A DNA stretch of 62,461 bases, filler included, from Hausera hauseri (lineage: Eukaryota), in NCBI GenBank assembly GCA_046269625.1. It is 10 parts of 10 records of this genome, joined end to end, with 100 filler letters (N's around TTAATTAATTAA, not from the genome) between each part and the next. Parts side by side here need not be neighbours in the genome. Positions count along the whole stretch, not along the records: positions 30,791 to 38,244 come from JBJURY010013566.1; positions 38,345 to 42,335 come from JBJURY010629997.1; positions 42,436 to 47,297 come from JBJURY010412145.1; positions 47,398 to 52,872 come from JBJURY010246404.1; 6 more parts are not named here. The stretch is one strand, 5' to 3'. Every line of letters begins with the position of its first letter. Position 1 is the first letter of the stretch. Shown piece by piece: positions 36,251 through 49,849 of the stretch. Position numbers and translations under genes: made by a program. A model generated the notes under the pieces. It saw nothing but the letters and a program-made list of their open reading frames with translations. It made no database searches and was not told the DNA's origin.

Positions 36251-38176
36251 TAAAATTTAAAAGTGAAACTCGAATTGACATTTACATTTTCACATGGAAA
36301 GCAGAATGGAAAATCGTTCCTCAACTTGCCTAAATCTAATAAAACCTCCGCATTATGTATGTCGCTCATAATCTTAAAACAATGCACTGGATTGTAAAAA
36401 AATTCAGCATGTCTGAGTCTCAAATTGTTGGATAATTCATTTTTACCATTCAAATCAATCATCAGTTAGTTCAACCAATGTCATTGTTTTATTTTCACAT
36501 TCTATTTGAAGAATTTTCTGATATCAAATAGACACGACAATAAATTGTGATTATTAGAAACAATCATATAAGTTGTGATGATTCCAACAAAATTTCAGTT
36601 CAATTAGCTAGTGTTTTGTCAACAATGTGAAATTTTATACTGCAATTCATGCCGAGAAAAATGCCATCAGATGCGTGGACCGTTAGAAAAAACACAATCT
36701 GTTGCTAATGTCGGATTTCAAATCTCTAACTCGAAAAAAAAACGGTGAAATGTCAAAACCACCCGTCAGAGAAATTAGAATACTTTTGTGAACAATGTAA
36801 GTCATATTTGCCGACTTTGTCATGAAAACGATCATTCACGACATCTGCCATTGATGGTTTCCGCTCACGCAAAAAGTGTAAATTAAGAAATTTTTATGTT
36901 AATTATTATTAAACTTCAGAGCGGAATAATTAATGCTATAACTTTAAAAATTTATTGGGCTCAATTCCAATCGATTTTAATTTCTGAGTGAATAATATGT
37001 ACCGTACAATGGTTTCAAAAATAAGTAATCAATAACCATTTGAATTAGTTGAATAATTAAGGCTACTTTAATACTTATCAATCAGATGTAGGCAATTGAT
37101 TTTTAAACGTTATTCATTCTACCGTGTAATTCATTCTCATAAGATTTATTATAATAAATTCGAAATCAACTGTGAATTGACAGAAGCGACTGAAACATAT
37201 GTTAATCATGATAAAATATCGTAGCGTTTGTTTATCATTATGTGAAGTATATCCTCCACAAAAAACGTATTTAATAACGACATTTTTCTGCTTTTTTCAT
37301 TTGAACTGATAGGTAAATTCGTTTACTGTTTATATAAAAACAAGTCCATGTTGAATTATATAACGTATCTCAATGGAAATGTAAAATTCTTTTGGTTAGT
37401 TTATTGTCAGTATTGCATTTTCATTGTAACAAATTAATAATATCAACTAAGAGACATTTCATATTTTGTTATCAGTTCACTAAACCAATTTGGACATATG
37501 TGGGTTTACACCGACATTTCTGTTTAACTTTAGAATTATCAGTTTGTCTTTTGTGTACGTGCTTTTGTGCGATATCTGAAATTTGATTTTAATTACAAAA
37601 TATTTCCGAAAAACGACAATAATAGACGAATTTTAAATTTAATCGAACTAGTCGTAATACAAACAATGCAGTCTAAACAATAATAACGATGGATTATGAC
37701 AGCAGTAACTATGTAACAATAAAGTATCCTGGTTTTGGGATCGTTTTAAGAAAAATAATAATTAAACGATATAAAAGTTTCAGTTAATAAACTGTTTGGT
37801 AAATCATTTTACAAACGAATGTAATGGCAGATGCAGTGAGTTTATATTATTATTACTTTTACATTAACTAATGATTTTAATGACCTACAAATCATTGCCC
37901 TTGTTACTTACTCGAAAGTTATTTGACAGAAAAATTTAATTGATTAATGAAGAATATTAGCTCAAAGAAAAGGGTAGGAAAAACGTCATGAAAGTGTAGT
38001 CGCAGAGATTTGAACACATAAAACTAATTATTTTGTCAAATAATTAATTTCCCTGTGATATAGTACTGGATTTATTACAATATTTTTGTGTTTGTGAGGT
38101 AATAAGCTATTTCTTGTCTTCTGATCTAACATTTATCTATATGGAACAATACACATTCCTAAAACGTACCTTCAAT

Positions 38177-38177
<1 letters not shown>

Positions 38178-38244
<67 letters not shown>
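38178..38244. repeat. (CAT)n microsatellite at contig end
   Basis: Directly visible. Confidence 0.97.
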
Positions 38245-38344
38245 NNNNNNNNNNNNNNNNNNNNNNNNNNNNNNNNNNNNNNNNNNNNTTAATTAATTAA
38301 NNNNNNNNNNNNNNNNNNNNNNNNNNNNNNNNNNNNNNNNNNNN
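38245..38344. other. Artificial contig spacer
   Basis: N-TTAATTAATTAA-N. Confidence 0.99.
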
Positions 38345-38599
38345 TTATTATATTTTTATAACTTAAAAATTTGTATTCACTTAGACAACCTTTCAAAATT
38401 GTTTAAATTGTTCAAATAATTGAAAGCGAAATTTTCAAATTTGTAAAAATTTCAAAGAAAATTTCAAATTTGTGAAAATTTCAAAGAAAATTTCAAATTT
38501 TTGAAAATTTCGTAAACTCATTACTAAATTTTAACAGAAAAAATACGGATGTTACACCTCGTAGCAGGAACGAAAACTTGTTTAAACCAATTATTAATT

Positions 38600-39230
38600 T
38601 TGTTAATTGTTTTTGTAATGATGCATTATCAGCACAATTTAATTAACTGCTGTTCAATCGATGTGTTTTGTTGACCGTAGTCTGTTGTGATTGCTGCTGA
38701 CACGATTGGTGGTGATGTTATGTGTAGCACTTTGTATGCTCTACCTGCAAGCTCTGCTAATTTGTCAAGCGCCGTGGAGTCTTCAACAACAGTGAGTGGC
38801 TCTGATTTGGATATGAAGAGCGTTCAGAATGCAGCGACGGAGTAAATAGGTATTATGTTGTTTGGTAACACCGAGGAGTTGTAGGTAAATCAGTGAAGTA
38901 CGTAGGAAGTCAGACGGTCTTTATGTCCTAGGAAGTTTTTGTTGTAGTATTTCTGGATGATAGTATCAAGTGAGGGTTCAGTGAATTTTATTAAACAGTC
39001 TTGTAAAGATTTGTAAGGGTCGACATTATTGAAAATTTGGGACAGGTTGATTATGTTAGATTTGATGTTGGGTGGTAAGCGGACGAGAAGGCTATTGGCT
39101 TTTTAGAACGAATCGATGATTTTGAGAGGTCAAACACTTGGCGTAGACGTTTAACCATGTGCGACTTGAATTTTGTTTATCCAGTAAGACGTCAACACGT
39201 TGAAAGTTAGAGAAAGAAGGTGCGGTTTGA
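38600..39230 (-). mobile_element. Degenerate Gypsy gag remnant
   Basis: LLVRLPPNI..DPYKSLQDCLIKF..LG..RPSDFLR..LDKLAELA matches the PYxxLKxxL / LGDxxPSxxL / LxxLAxxAD gag pattern. Confidence 0.6.
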
Positions 39231-39769
39231 GATAAATGGATTACCGGAATGCCTGGGGATTTTTTGATTTTGTCAGGATTTAGGTCTGAACCATCGCGAA
39301 GTCGAAAATTATGCGTGACGCAGAGGAATGAGGAAAGATGGGAGAGAAAATTAGATAGTCTGTCGTTTGAATGAATGGTGAACCCAGATATTTGGTGGCG
39401 TGCGAGAGTGATGTGTATAATTGATTACCTAGGGTGTTGTGATGTGCAGTGTATGTGTAGATGACCATGTTTTGTTGGAAAACGAAGACCGGAAATCTAG
39501 CCTGACTTAAATCAGGGACGTGGAGTGATGACCCGGTGCCCAGAACAAACAACCGAAGGTGGAGACTCATCACAATGACACCACGTTTCGTGGGAAAGAA
39601 ATCCTCATCGGAGTGTCCAATTGTGGGAACAGTACATAAAACTTTATTACTGTCCAACGGTGTACCTGTATTTTTCTCATCTTGATTTCCATGACAATGA
39701 TAATCATTGATGGATGCCAGTATTTTAACTCCCTTGCCCATGAAGAAGTTACTAAACTTTGAGCAGTAA

Positions 39770-41111
39770 CACTATGTAACACATTTTTGTTCCTGTCTAA
39801 TGAGTATTATTTCCTGATTGGTTATGACTAATAAATAAAAAAAATCGCTTTTATTCCCCAAACTTTATTTTTGCGATCAGGGTAGAGATATTCTGCTTCT
39901 ACCACAATGTGATAGGTCTGTTTGATGCTATCGGAATAGCAAGTAACCCGAAAGAGTGGCACCTCTTTATAGATGGCACGTGCAGGAACCTTAAATCAGT
40001 GCTGTTCCATAACGGTAACAAGTACTCGACCCCACCTCTGGCTCACTCATTCTACTTCAAAAAGGAATAAATTAGAGTCAAGACCTTGTTGTACGCATTG
40101 AAGTATGACGAGTACGGCTTGGAGGTCATCGGAGACATCAAAATGGTGGCATTTCTGATGGGTGACCAAGGCGGTTTTTTCAAGTTTCCTTGATACCTTT
40201 TCCTTTGGAACAGCAGTGATATCACGACACACTATAAAAAGAAGGGCTGGTCCCAGCGGGCCCAGTTCTCTGTAGGGAGTAACAGCATCAAATGGATTTC
40301 ACTAGTTGACCCCCAAAAGGTGCTGATGTCTCTACTGCACATTAAACTGTGCCTCATAAAACAATTTGTCACAGCTCTAGATAAAGAGTCGCCAGCCTTC
40401 AAGTTTCTTTAAGACTTCTTCCCTAAGCTATCTGAGACTAAGATGAACGCTGATTTCTTCTTCGGGCCACAAAGAAAGAAGATTTTGGAATGCAGCGAAT
40501 TTCCCAAGAAGCTTACCAGGAAGGATAAAGAGACCTAGAACAGCTTTGTCATGGTGATTTTCTGCTTTCTCGGTAACAACAAAGTCAAAAATTATATGAA
40601 GCTGGTTGAGACTCTGGTGAAGAAGTACTGCAAAATTGGGTGCAGAATGTTCCACAGAGTCCATATGCTTGATGCGCATCTTGATAGATTCAAGAAGAAC
40701 AGGGTAGCATATTCGGAGGAGCAAGGTGAGCGCTTCCACCAGGATATAATGGACTTCGAACGTCGCTACGAAGGACAGTACAACAAGAACATAATTTCAG
40801 ATAACATCTGGGGTTTGATTCGTGAAAGTGATTTACAATATAAACGCAAATCTCGAAAAACCGCTCACTCCTGAATAAAATGTTACACCTGAAGCAGTAT
40901 GGTTTTATTTCTTGACTTTATGTGAACGAGATATAATGCAAATTTACCTTTTCCCTATGTAAATTAGGTAAATTCAAAATTTTCATTGTCTCAGTAACAA
41001 AAGCAAAGTTTGTGGAAAACAAATTTCGTTTTCCATTACTCTTAGGCATAGGTAGTCAGGAAATAACACTTATTAGCCAGGACCAAAAAAGTGAAAATTT
41101 GTTGCATAGTA
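39770..41111 (+). mobile_element. Chapaev3-type (CMC) DNA transposon, internally deleted, with both TIRs
   Basis: Transposase motifs LFIDG..LKSVLFHNGN, GDIKMVAFLMG, LHIKL.LIKQFV and SEEQGERFHQDI. About 65-bp imperfect TIRs (CACTATGTAACA..TTATTTCCTGA / reverse complement at 41045-41111). TAA flanks. Confidence 0.8.
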
Positions 41112-42199
41112 ATTAAATCAGGTCGGCAATCGCCAAGGTCGTACAAGTGGGGAAAAAACTATAGCCTGAATAATTTTGCCTAACCCCATTTCGTCTGCCA
41201 AAATACAATTTAGCTTTTCTTTATGAAGTATATTGAGCCAATTAATACCAAGCATCTGATAAAATAGAAGGTTTGAAGTTTAATTAAGGCATTTATAACT
41301 TTTCAATATTAGATGCTCTAATTCAGCACCATTTGAAAGTAGTTGTATATAATTGCTTTTTAAGTGCCGTCCAAGAACGTTTATGAATTGGAATTTGAAT
41401 TTCTCACATTTCTGAAGCAATTTTGAGAGCATAAGACTCATTCAATACATCCTGACATTTTCAGATAAAAAATTTATTGTTTTGATTTTTGCTGCGAGAA
41501 AATTCGTACTTGTAAATGGTCGTAAAGAAACGATTTCATCTGTTTTTGTAGTGGCCATATTTGACATATTAGTTAATTCATTAACTGGTGCTTGATTGAA
41601 AAATTTCAATGGATTAATTATTTTTCCTTCGTCTGATAATTGTCGATGACATTTTTGCCATTTCATCATCACTGTTATAATCTGTGTGACCTTTATCACC
41701 TTTTCCTTTCGTTTTTCGCCGTTTTGGTAGATTTGGATATTCAATGCATCCACTCTTTACTGCAACCGCTATCTTTTCTGTCTTTAAAGAATTCATTTCT
41801 TTAGTAATATATGTTCTCTTTCTTGTTTCAAATCATTAACCTTTTAGTTCGAAAAAACCTTGGTTTATTATAAATGTCAGGTTTAATCCTAGACTCCACT
41901 TGTGCACTTTTGGTTGGGACTTGACTAGAAACCGCTTGTTGGCAATTGGAGTAAACAGTTACAATGGTTTACGGTTGTTTAAGTGTGACCAGAGGTTTAA
42001 TAGGATATTGAACTTTGCAACTAGAAGCCTTCGCAGGAAACTTGTTTCTCCACGGATAAATTGATTCAACTTTTATATCACTGTTTGCTTTTTGGTTCAT
42101 CCTGGACGAACATTTAGTTGGATGACTGACGTTCATATTTTTGGTCAGCATTTTCTTTGGGAAAAAATCGTATATGTATATCGCAGTCCATAGCATATT

Positions 42200-42335
42200 T
42201 CTCTCCCTCTCTCTCTCTGTCTCTGTCGCTCTCTCTCTCTCTGTCTCTGTCGCTCTCTCTCTCTGTATCTGTGTCTCGCTCTGTCTGTCTGTCTGTCTCC
42301 ATCTCTGTCTCTCTCTCTGTCTATCTCTGTCTCCT
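42200..42335. repeat. (CT)n/(CTGT)n compound microsatellite
   Basis: Directly visible. Confidence 0.95.
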
Positions 42336-42435
42336 NNNNNNNNNNNNNNNNNNNNNNNNNNNNNNNNNNNNNNNNNNNNTTAATTAATTAANNNNNNNNN
42401 NNNNNNNNNNNNNNNNNNNNNNNNNNNNNNNNNNN
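42336..42435. other. Artificial contig spacer
   Basis: N-TTAATTAATTAA-N. Confidence 0.99.
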
Positions 42436-42889
42436 TCAAACTAACGTCAGGATGCACAATCAATTCTGGTTAAATCGTAAAAGTACCAGTGAGAAATCTG
42501 TTCATTCTCTAAAGACAAGAAATCGACATGATGAAGAAAATTCCAAGAGTTACGTGAATAATTGCAACGAAAAGCCTAACAGGACTTTTACCGTATCTTC
42601 AGAACTTCGATCTTCGTTTTCTAAAGCAAATTCGTTTGATTTAGATTTCTTACCGAAGAAAGCAAACATTTCCGAAAGGATTGGATAATTGTAATCATCA
42701 TGATGGGTAAAAAGGTCTGATTTCATTGAAAATGATTTTCTCCAAATCGTTGAACATATCGTCGACAAGAATGAGACGTTCTAATGATGTCCAAGATCGT
42801 AAAACCGGCGATGTTGCTAGCCACTTGTCTGTGAAAAGTGACGAAGACGATCGAGATTGGCATTATTCATTGCACCCCATGAACAGTAA

Positions 42890-44100
42890 CAAAGCGGAAA
42901 TTACACCGAAGGATATCGCAAACAATGGCAACACATGTTATATCAATTTCATCACCCAAATATTTTGTTCTCGATGAATTCGTTCATGATAGGAAATCTT
43001 CGAAGAATTCAGACACTATGAATTTGATGTTAACGAAATTCTTTATGTTTCTCAAAAGTCTCTGGTTGTTACAACTCGACTGTAATTCGTTGTCCAATGA
43101 TTTCAGTTTGGAATTGTTAAATACCGAATGCAGTTTTCAAAGAAATGATCAGCGGGACGCCCAAGAGTGTCTGTTGTTTCTACTCAACCATTGCCACGAA
43201 CCTTTGAAAGTCGGTGTCGTTTTGGAACCGAAGAAAGTCAAGAAACCGAGAAAGAATATTCTCTATTTCGAAGCACAGAAAATCGTCAACCAGAACAAAT
43301 CCCGAATTCATTCGATTTTCGCCACACATTAACAGTTGGTTATTGTCTATTCGATTTGTCGCACTCGACAGAAGAAATTGGAACCGAATCTTTGCCTTAT
43401 TCTTCCAGTTCCGGCTAAAACAATGGAGTTGTTGTATTGTTTTGTTGAAAAGAGCGGATCACAAATATTCAGAGCGATGTGATAAACACTGTCAGCCCTG
43501 CACAGTTTGTTCGTGAAAATATCGCTCACATATTTAGAATTAACGTCAATGACACCATGATCATGGTCGTCAATGAATCAGCATTCGGGAAATGTTCTCA
43601 CAAATCTGACACGTCTATCGAATTGCTGTGCGGGAAACAGTCCACTACAAGCAACATATAGAATGGTGTAGTCGCCCTTAAGACATTATACGTAAACAAT
43701 AATTCATTTCGTCAAGAAACCGATCCAGACTGATCAGTGCGCATCAGATGAAAAATAGCAATTTTCCATTGAGTAGAATTACTTTCGATAACACCAATGA
43801 CATACGACATCGAACTGGACATTATAATAATTTGTCTTTAAATGAGGAAAAGTGCACATATACTTCATTTGACGGTATGAAAACACTGTTGTCAGTCGAC
43901 TAATGCACCTGTTAATAAAAATCAGTCAAAGACCGACGACGAATCATCCGAAAGTCAACTAAAGCTCGTCGTTATTCACGTTGAAGTACTTGTCGATGTG
44001 CTAAAACTTACAGATCGCGAATATCTCGGCATTAAAGCTTGCACACTCAGAACTCTAACGGCCATAATTCATTACAGTAAACCTACGTTTTGCTGGTCTG
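42890..44100 (+). pseudogene. Ubiquitin-specific protease (peptidase C19) pseudogene
   Basis: Cys box IANNGNTCYIN, then QRDAQECLLFLLNHCHE in another frame, and degenerate LVVIHV and LTAIIHYS downstream. Multiple frameshifts. Confidence 0.75.
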
Positions 44101-45999
44101 CGTTGAAAGACATGTCGGGAATGAACTCATCACGGAAATTTTCCGACGATATTGCGTAAGCCGATTATTGATTTGGTTCGGCGTAAATTCCATCCATTTG
44201 CTGACACCAGCGAACAACAGTTCACAACAGCGATTTCATCATTTCTTTATCATTTGGCTGGTATGAATGCAGTCAGTTCTAGCCAAGGGAATCCTGTTAG
44301 AACCGGATTACTTGATTTCATGCAGGAAATCACAATATGGCACACTGTTCAAACAGATTCACAAAGGTAATCCAATAAATGTTGTAATATATATTAAGTG
44401 CTATATGAATATTTTGATCAAATTTACCTATAAAAACTATTCTGTTCACTTCCCGCTGTTGAAGTCATTTGTAACCATGCCCGGTGAAGCCCAGCAACTT
44501 GCCTCTACAGCCGACGACTACGATGAACAACCAGAGTGGTCATCTGTCACCCCGAAATTTGGGACTCGCCGCTGCGAGGCTCAGTTGTTGAACTGAGCTA
44601 AATATCCGTCAGTAACGAGTGAAAGTAATTAAAGATTAGAATCCAAACGAAATGTCAGAGATTGGTAATATAGTTCCAATATGGAAAGAAAACAATTTAA
44701 TTTTAGAACCAAAAACTGCAGACGACGGGCATTGTAAAACTAAACAGAGCTAAAAATCAATCGCAAAGATTTTCGTTATCAAAATGGTGAAGTAATTTCA
44801 AACACGTTTTTTTTTCGTTGAGTAAAATTATTAGAACAGATTTTTTTTGGTAATACGTTGCAAAATGCATCACGATAAAAAAATTAAAAGAAACGCTAGA
44901 CACTTGTTTACAAACAGCAATACATACACATACTTGAACCAAGTCAAATAAAGTTCACTATACTAGAACGACAGAGATAGAAATTGCAAATTTACAAATA
45001 ACTATAATTAGGATGGATCAAACGAATTTCCGTAGAAATCTAAAGTTCTTTTACAGATACATAATCCAGCATTTTAAGGAAGTAAGGACGTCTGCAAATG
45101 ATATAAATGCACTAGCCATTGAAAAAGAAAATCTAATGTCGGTCTAATCAGAAGGTCCTTTGTTAGCTTTTCTTCGTTTATTTTGATTTTCAACAATGTA
45201 ACATTCTGAAATAGTTGTGGAAATATTATTGTATAAACTAGTAGTCTTGAATGATTGATTAACTTTAACCTTTTCGCCGGACATTACACGGTAAAGACCA
45301 ATATTATTTCTGTTTAAGGATTCCTGAGTTTATTTCACTGAATTCGTTAAAGCATGATTAATATATTGTAATTGAATGAGCAGAACCTCCTTTTCATCTT
45401 CCATTTGTTTGATAACATTTTTTTCATTGGAATCCGATTGGAGTTTCTCGTACTTTTTCTTTTGATTCATCAAACTGATCGGTTTGGTTTCGAAAGAAGT
45501 CATATACTGCTTTCAAAATGTGACTTTTACTTCGATAAAAATCCAAATTTCCGTTAAGTGATAAAACAGATTTATCTTTCGGATACTGAGAATTTGACTG
45601 TGAAGACTCTTCATCAACTAAGAGAGTTATGTCTGCTTCACTGTACACAGAACAAGAATAAAAGCGATAGTTTGAGTTGTTAGATTGAATAGGATGTAAT
45701 GTGATAGCCAGATACAAATGATAGACGTGAATGATCGCTGGCTTTTTCGGTTTGAAATTGATGACTCTATGGCTCCATTGCTAAAATAATTTCGAGGCGA
45801 TTCTAATATTTTCTGAATTATTTCATCAGTTGTTAAGCTGTTGGATAATTGAAGTTGATGAGCAACTAAAATGAGAGATGAATTTCCGATATTACTGAGT
45901 GAAGAGCCATTATCTAATGACTATATTGAGCATCGTTTGACGGATCAACAGTGCTGTCATTTGTGATACTAGAGGTGCTATTTGACGTAACTTCTTTCG

Positions 46000-47297
46000 A
46001 GGCAAAAAATCGGGCCCGCCTTTGGTCCCGACGCAGCGGCGGCGGACGCCCGGTCGTGTCCAACCAAATGGGCCAGAGGGCCCCGGCCGCTGTGGGCACC
46101 ACATCACCCCCTCCCGTGGTAAATTGAAAACTATAGAGGGTAAAAGAGACAGAGAGAAAAACCGCAAAACGAAAAAGTGTCTGTGTCAGTCGGTCTTAGT
46201 GTGAACAAGATTTTGTGTGGCTTCTAGTGATTTTTCCCGGCTATACTTGCTGAATGTGACTCTGCGTGTTTTGTTTTTGTGCTGCGTATTTGTTTGCAGA
46301 GGTTGAAGTTGGGGGAACATTGCCGGATTTTGTTGTGAGTGATGTATTGTACGAAGATGAGTCAGAATAAAGAGAAGTAGAAGGTGAAGGAGGAAAAGAG
46401 ATTGTTGAAGGCGGATGGTTAAAGGTATTCAAGGAGGTATTAGAAGACGGAGGAGTGATAAAAGGTGTAGTGGCGGATAAAGGAAGAGAGAAAAGAGTTG
46501 GAGTAGAAGTTGGAGAAAGAAAACGCCAAAGATGAGTAAGGTGTGGAAAGAGAAGGAGAGAGCGAGAGAGAGAAAACGGCGAAGAGGTATTAGGCTAAAG
46601 AGAGCGAGAAGATGCAGAAGGCAAGGGAAAGTAATTGAAAGGAGGCATGCAAGAGGTAGGAATGATGAAAGGTGTAGGTGGAGAGATTGGTGAAGTCGAA
46701 GTGGTGTCTGATGAAGGAAATACTGTAAGAGGAGAAGGCAGGTTGTTATGAGGGGATGAAAGAGGTGTGAAAAGGCTTGAAGGTGCAAGATCGGATGGGG
46801 AGAAAGAGGCTGAATTGTGAGAAGAAATTGAAGTAAAAGTCTTGCGAGAAAGCGTAGGCAAAAGTGGATTAAGAAATTGAGCAGAGATGAAAGGTGGATT
46901 GTTGGATTGCTGCGCGTCGTGTAAAGATGTTGGTGGAGAGGTAGTTTCGATGGGAGACGTATTGTCGATGACAAAAGCCGGTTTAGCGTTGTTGATGTGA
47001 ACTGTTACTTCTTTGTCGTCTTTGAGAATGATGATGTTGTGGGAGTGTAAGCAAATTACTTTGTAAGTGCCAACATACTGAGGTTGAAAACCACACAGCG
47101 TCTCATTTTTTAGACAAACGAACTTGGCAGTATATAAATCGTCGAGTATGTTGGGTTTATTGGCGTGTAACAATCTGCAAAATGAGCTTTTTTCTGATCT
47201 CAACGAAGTGCCTCTGTGCCGCTTGTATGGTTTCGTCTGTAGGAGTATTGTCCAGCTCAGTCAGCTCGAATAATGATCTGATGGAAGTGCCAAATAA
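46000..47297 (-). mobile_element. Gypsy element 3' part: integrase C-terminus, S/P-rich tail, PPT and start of 3' LTR
   Basis: QPQYVGTYKV..VTVHINNAKPA (GPY/F region). PPT GGGAGGGGG followed by TGTGG at 46103 on the minus strand. Confidence 0.7.
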
Positions 47298-47397
47298 NNN
47301 NNNNNNNNNNNNNNNNNNNNNNNNNNNNNNNNNNNNNNNNNTTAATTAATTAANNNNNNNNNNNNNNNNNNNNNNNNNNNNNNNNNNNNNNNNNNNN
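47298..47397. other. Artificial contig spacer
   Basis: N-TTAATTAATTAA-N. Confidence 0.99.
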
Positions 47398-47974
47398 AAC
47401 ATAATTGAACAAATTTTATTTAAACATCATATCATAACGATGGATGAATCAAAAATGTAAATCAAAAAGGAACAATTTTTGTTTAACTTAACTCGTTTGT
47501 GTTTCTTTAATAATATAAATTTTTAGTTACTTGATTACATTTAAAATCTTAATGCTATTATATTTTTAGCGTATCATTAATGCAATAAATATTAGTTCAA
47601 CTTCTGAAACTAAAAATTATTAACTATGAGTTCATAGTGTCCTATAAATTTGGATAATAATTTTTTGAACATTTATATATTATGGAATTGCTGGAACTCT
47701 GGGCAAAATAGAAGTTTTCGTACCTTCTACCCTTTCTTTCTACCTACAGTAATTTTATGGTCAGATTTATTTTCTTAAATATACATATTGATTATTAATT
47801 GATGAAAGTTGAATATTTTATATTTTTCTAATTCATTAACAATAACTTTTATCCAATTATCAAAATTCAGTTGACAAATGCATATTTTCTTAACAAGCAA
47901 TAATTTATAGAAAATTTACCAAAGTTATTGCAATGTCGTATGCAAATATTTAGGATTAATAAAACATTACCCGA

Positions 47975-48400
47975 ACACTCGAAAACTGCGACAAACCAAA
48001 TTGATTGAAAGTTTGCCACAACAATCATTGTGATTTCTTAAAAAATATAACAAAAATTTTAGATGTGGTAATTTACTTAATCGACAAACAATTAAAATTT
48101 AAAAATGTGAATGTCTTTAACATTCACTAAATAGTGATCACAGAATTCTTCCCAGGGTCACCGATTTTTAATAATATTTGTTTAAGAAGCGAAAGAACGT
48201 ATTAAATAAATATTAATAAAATTTTGTGGCTTTAAAAATGATTCTATAATTATAATTTAGTAAATATTATAATTATTCTAATTTTTAAATTTCAATTTTC
48301 TGCTTAGTAATTTAATTACCACATCTAAAATTTTTGTTGAGTCATAAAGAACATTGTGACAAACTTTTGTCAATTTGCTTTGTCGCAGTTTTGGAGTGCT
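47975..48400. repeat. Diverged inverted repeat pair (about 47975-48105 and 48281-48400)
   Basis: AAAACTGCGACAAA.CAAATTGA..AAAGTTTG.CACAA...ACAAAAATTTTAGATGTGGTAATT...AATTTAAAAAT occurs on both strands. Confidence 0.8.
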
Positions 48401-49849
48401 CCTTGTTGGATTCCAATTCTGTCTAAATTCCATCTGCGGCAATTCATTAATATGCGCAAACATGAAAAATATTCTGGTAAAATTTCATTAGATTTGCCAA
48501 GGAGCGATATATAATTATTTCTAGTATGATTTTATATATATCACATTTTCATTGCAAATTTAAGTTTAGCAGAGAATAAAGTTAAAACTCAAAGTCGACT
48601 TTTCATTTAATTTTATCTTGTTCTGTAATACGCATTCACAAAAAAAAATAAAAGTGAAACCAACATTTCTGAACATTATGTAAACACGAAAATATAAAAT
48701 TTACATATTTATATCTGTAAATCACATTGAAAATTTACTTTTGGACTACGTTTTAATTTCAGTTGATATAATTTATTGGCAATGTTTGTTGTAACCAATG
48801 GTGTAACGGAATGCATTTTGGGAAGGGTTGAACTTTTCCACGGAATGTGGCTTCATGATTTTTATTCATAGGATTCGTCCATCAAAAATTTTATTTGTGG
48901 AGACAACATTTAAATCTTTTCCCCAGAATGGAGGAATGGGGAAAACGGCAAGGTCCAATATGACATTGGCGGATTTTATGAAATTTAATTAAGTGGAAGA
49001 ATGTGATCCACCGGCATTCGGGAAAGAGGATTCAACACCAGACAGAGACAAAATGAAAGGACAGAAAGCATATGCAGATGAACTCCAGCACATCATGAAA
49101 TCAAATACGGATAAGTGCACCACGTAATTCATACGACGAATCAATAACGACCGACACTCCAGATAATAAAATCCATGGAGATGTTAAAAAGTAGTATAAT
49201 TGCTGCATCTCAATGGCCAATTAACATCGTTTTGCAGAGCACTGAAACGTCTCAATCGTGCCATTGAAAACCAAATGGACATGGCCTATCTAGACGTACA
49301 GCAGTTGGGTGTGTAGTGATCAGTGGCTACTGCAATGTTTTGTTGAATAGAAATAAAATTAAACATATTTTTACCTTTTCAAAAATCTATCACATTCGTT
49401 CAATACTGTGCTGAATAGGCGACACCCTCCATTTAAACGTAACATTGTTTTGGAATTATAACAAAAGTTCCGATTTCTGATTATCTTAATCAAATAAACG
49501 GTGTTTTAAATTTAGATTAATTTTCCATGTAGACACAAAAATATTTCATAATGACTATGTAGTATATTAAACTAGATATTATAATAGAATAGTTTGGAAT
49601 TTCAATACATATTTAATTTTTGTATTTGATATTTATATATTTGATGCTTATAACCATCATTTAAAAATTATAATATTAGGGGAATATAACACAAGTGCCT
49701 ATTACAATAACAAATTTTTGTAACAATCTCATTTACCATGGAATTGCAAAAATTACACTGATTACATTTTTGTAGTGATTTTGTTTTACATTTAATAATT
49801 AGAATTGTTATTAGAAAATTTGAAACTTATCTTGTCCATATATCCTATC

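Noticed and set aside
36250-36900. Cadherin-like LTVHASDG motif on the minus strand
   Set aside because: A single short motif amid stops; insufficient support.
26700-38244. Contigs 4 and 5 as one bidirectional element
   Set aside because: A spacer separates them and each has its own 3' end; they are treated as two related elements.
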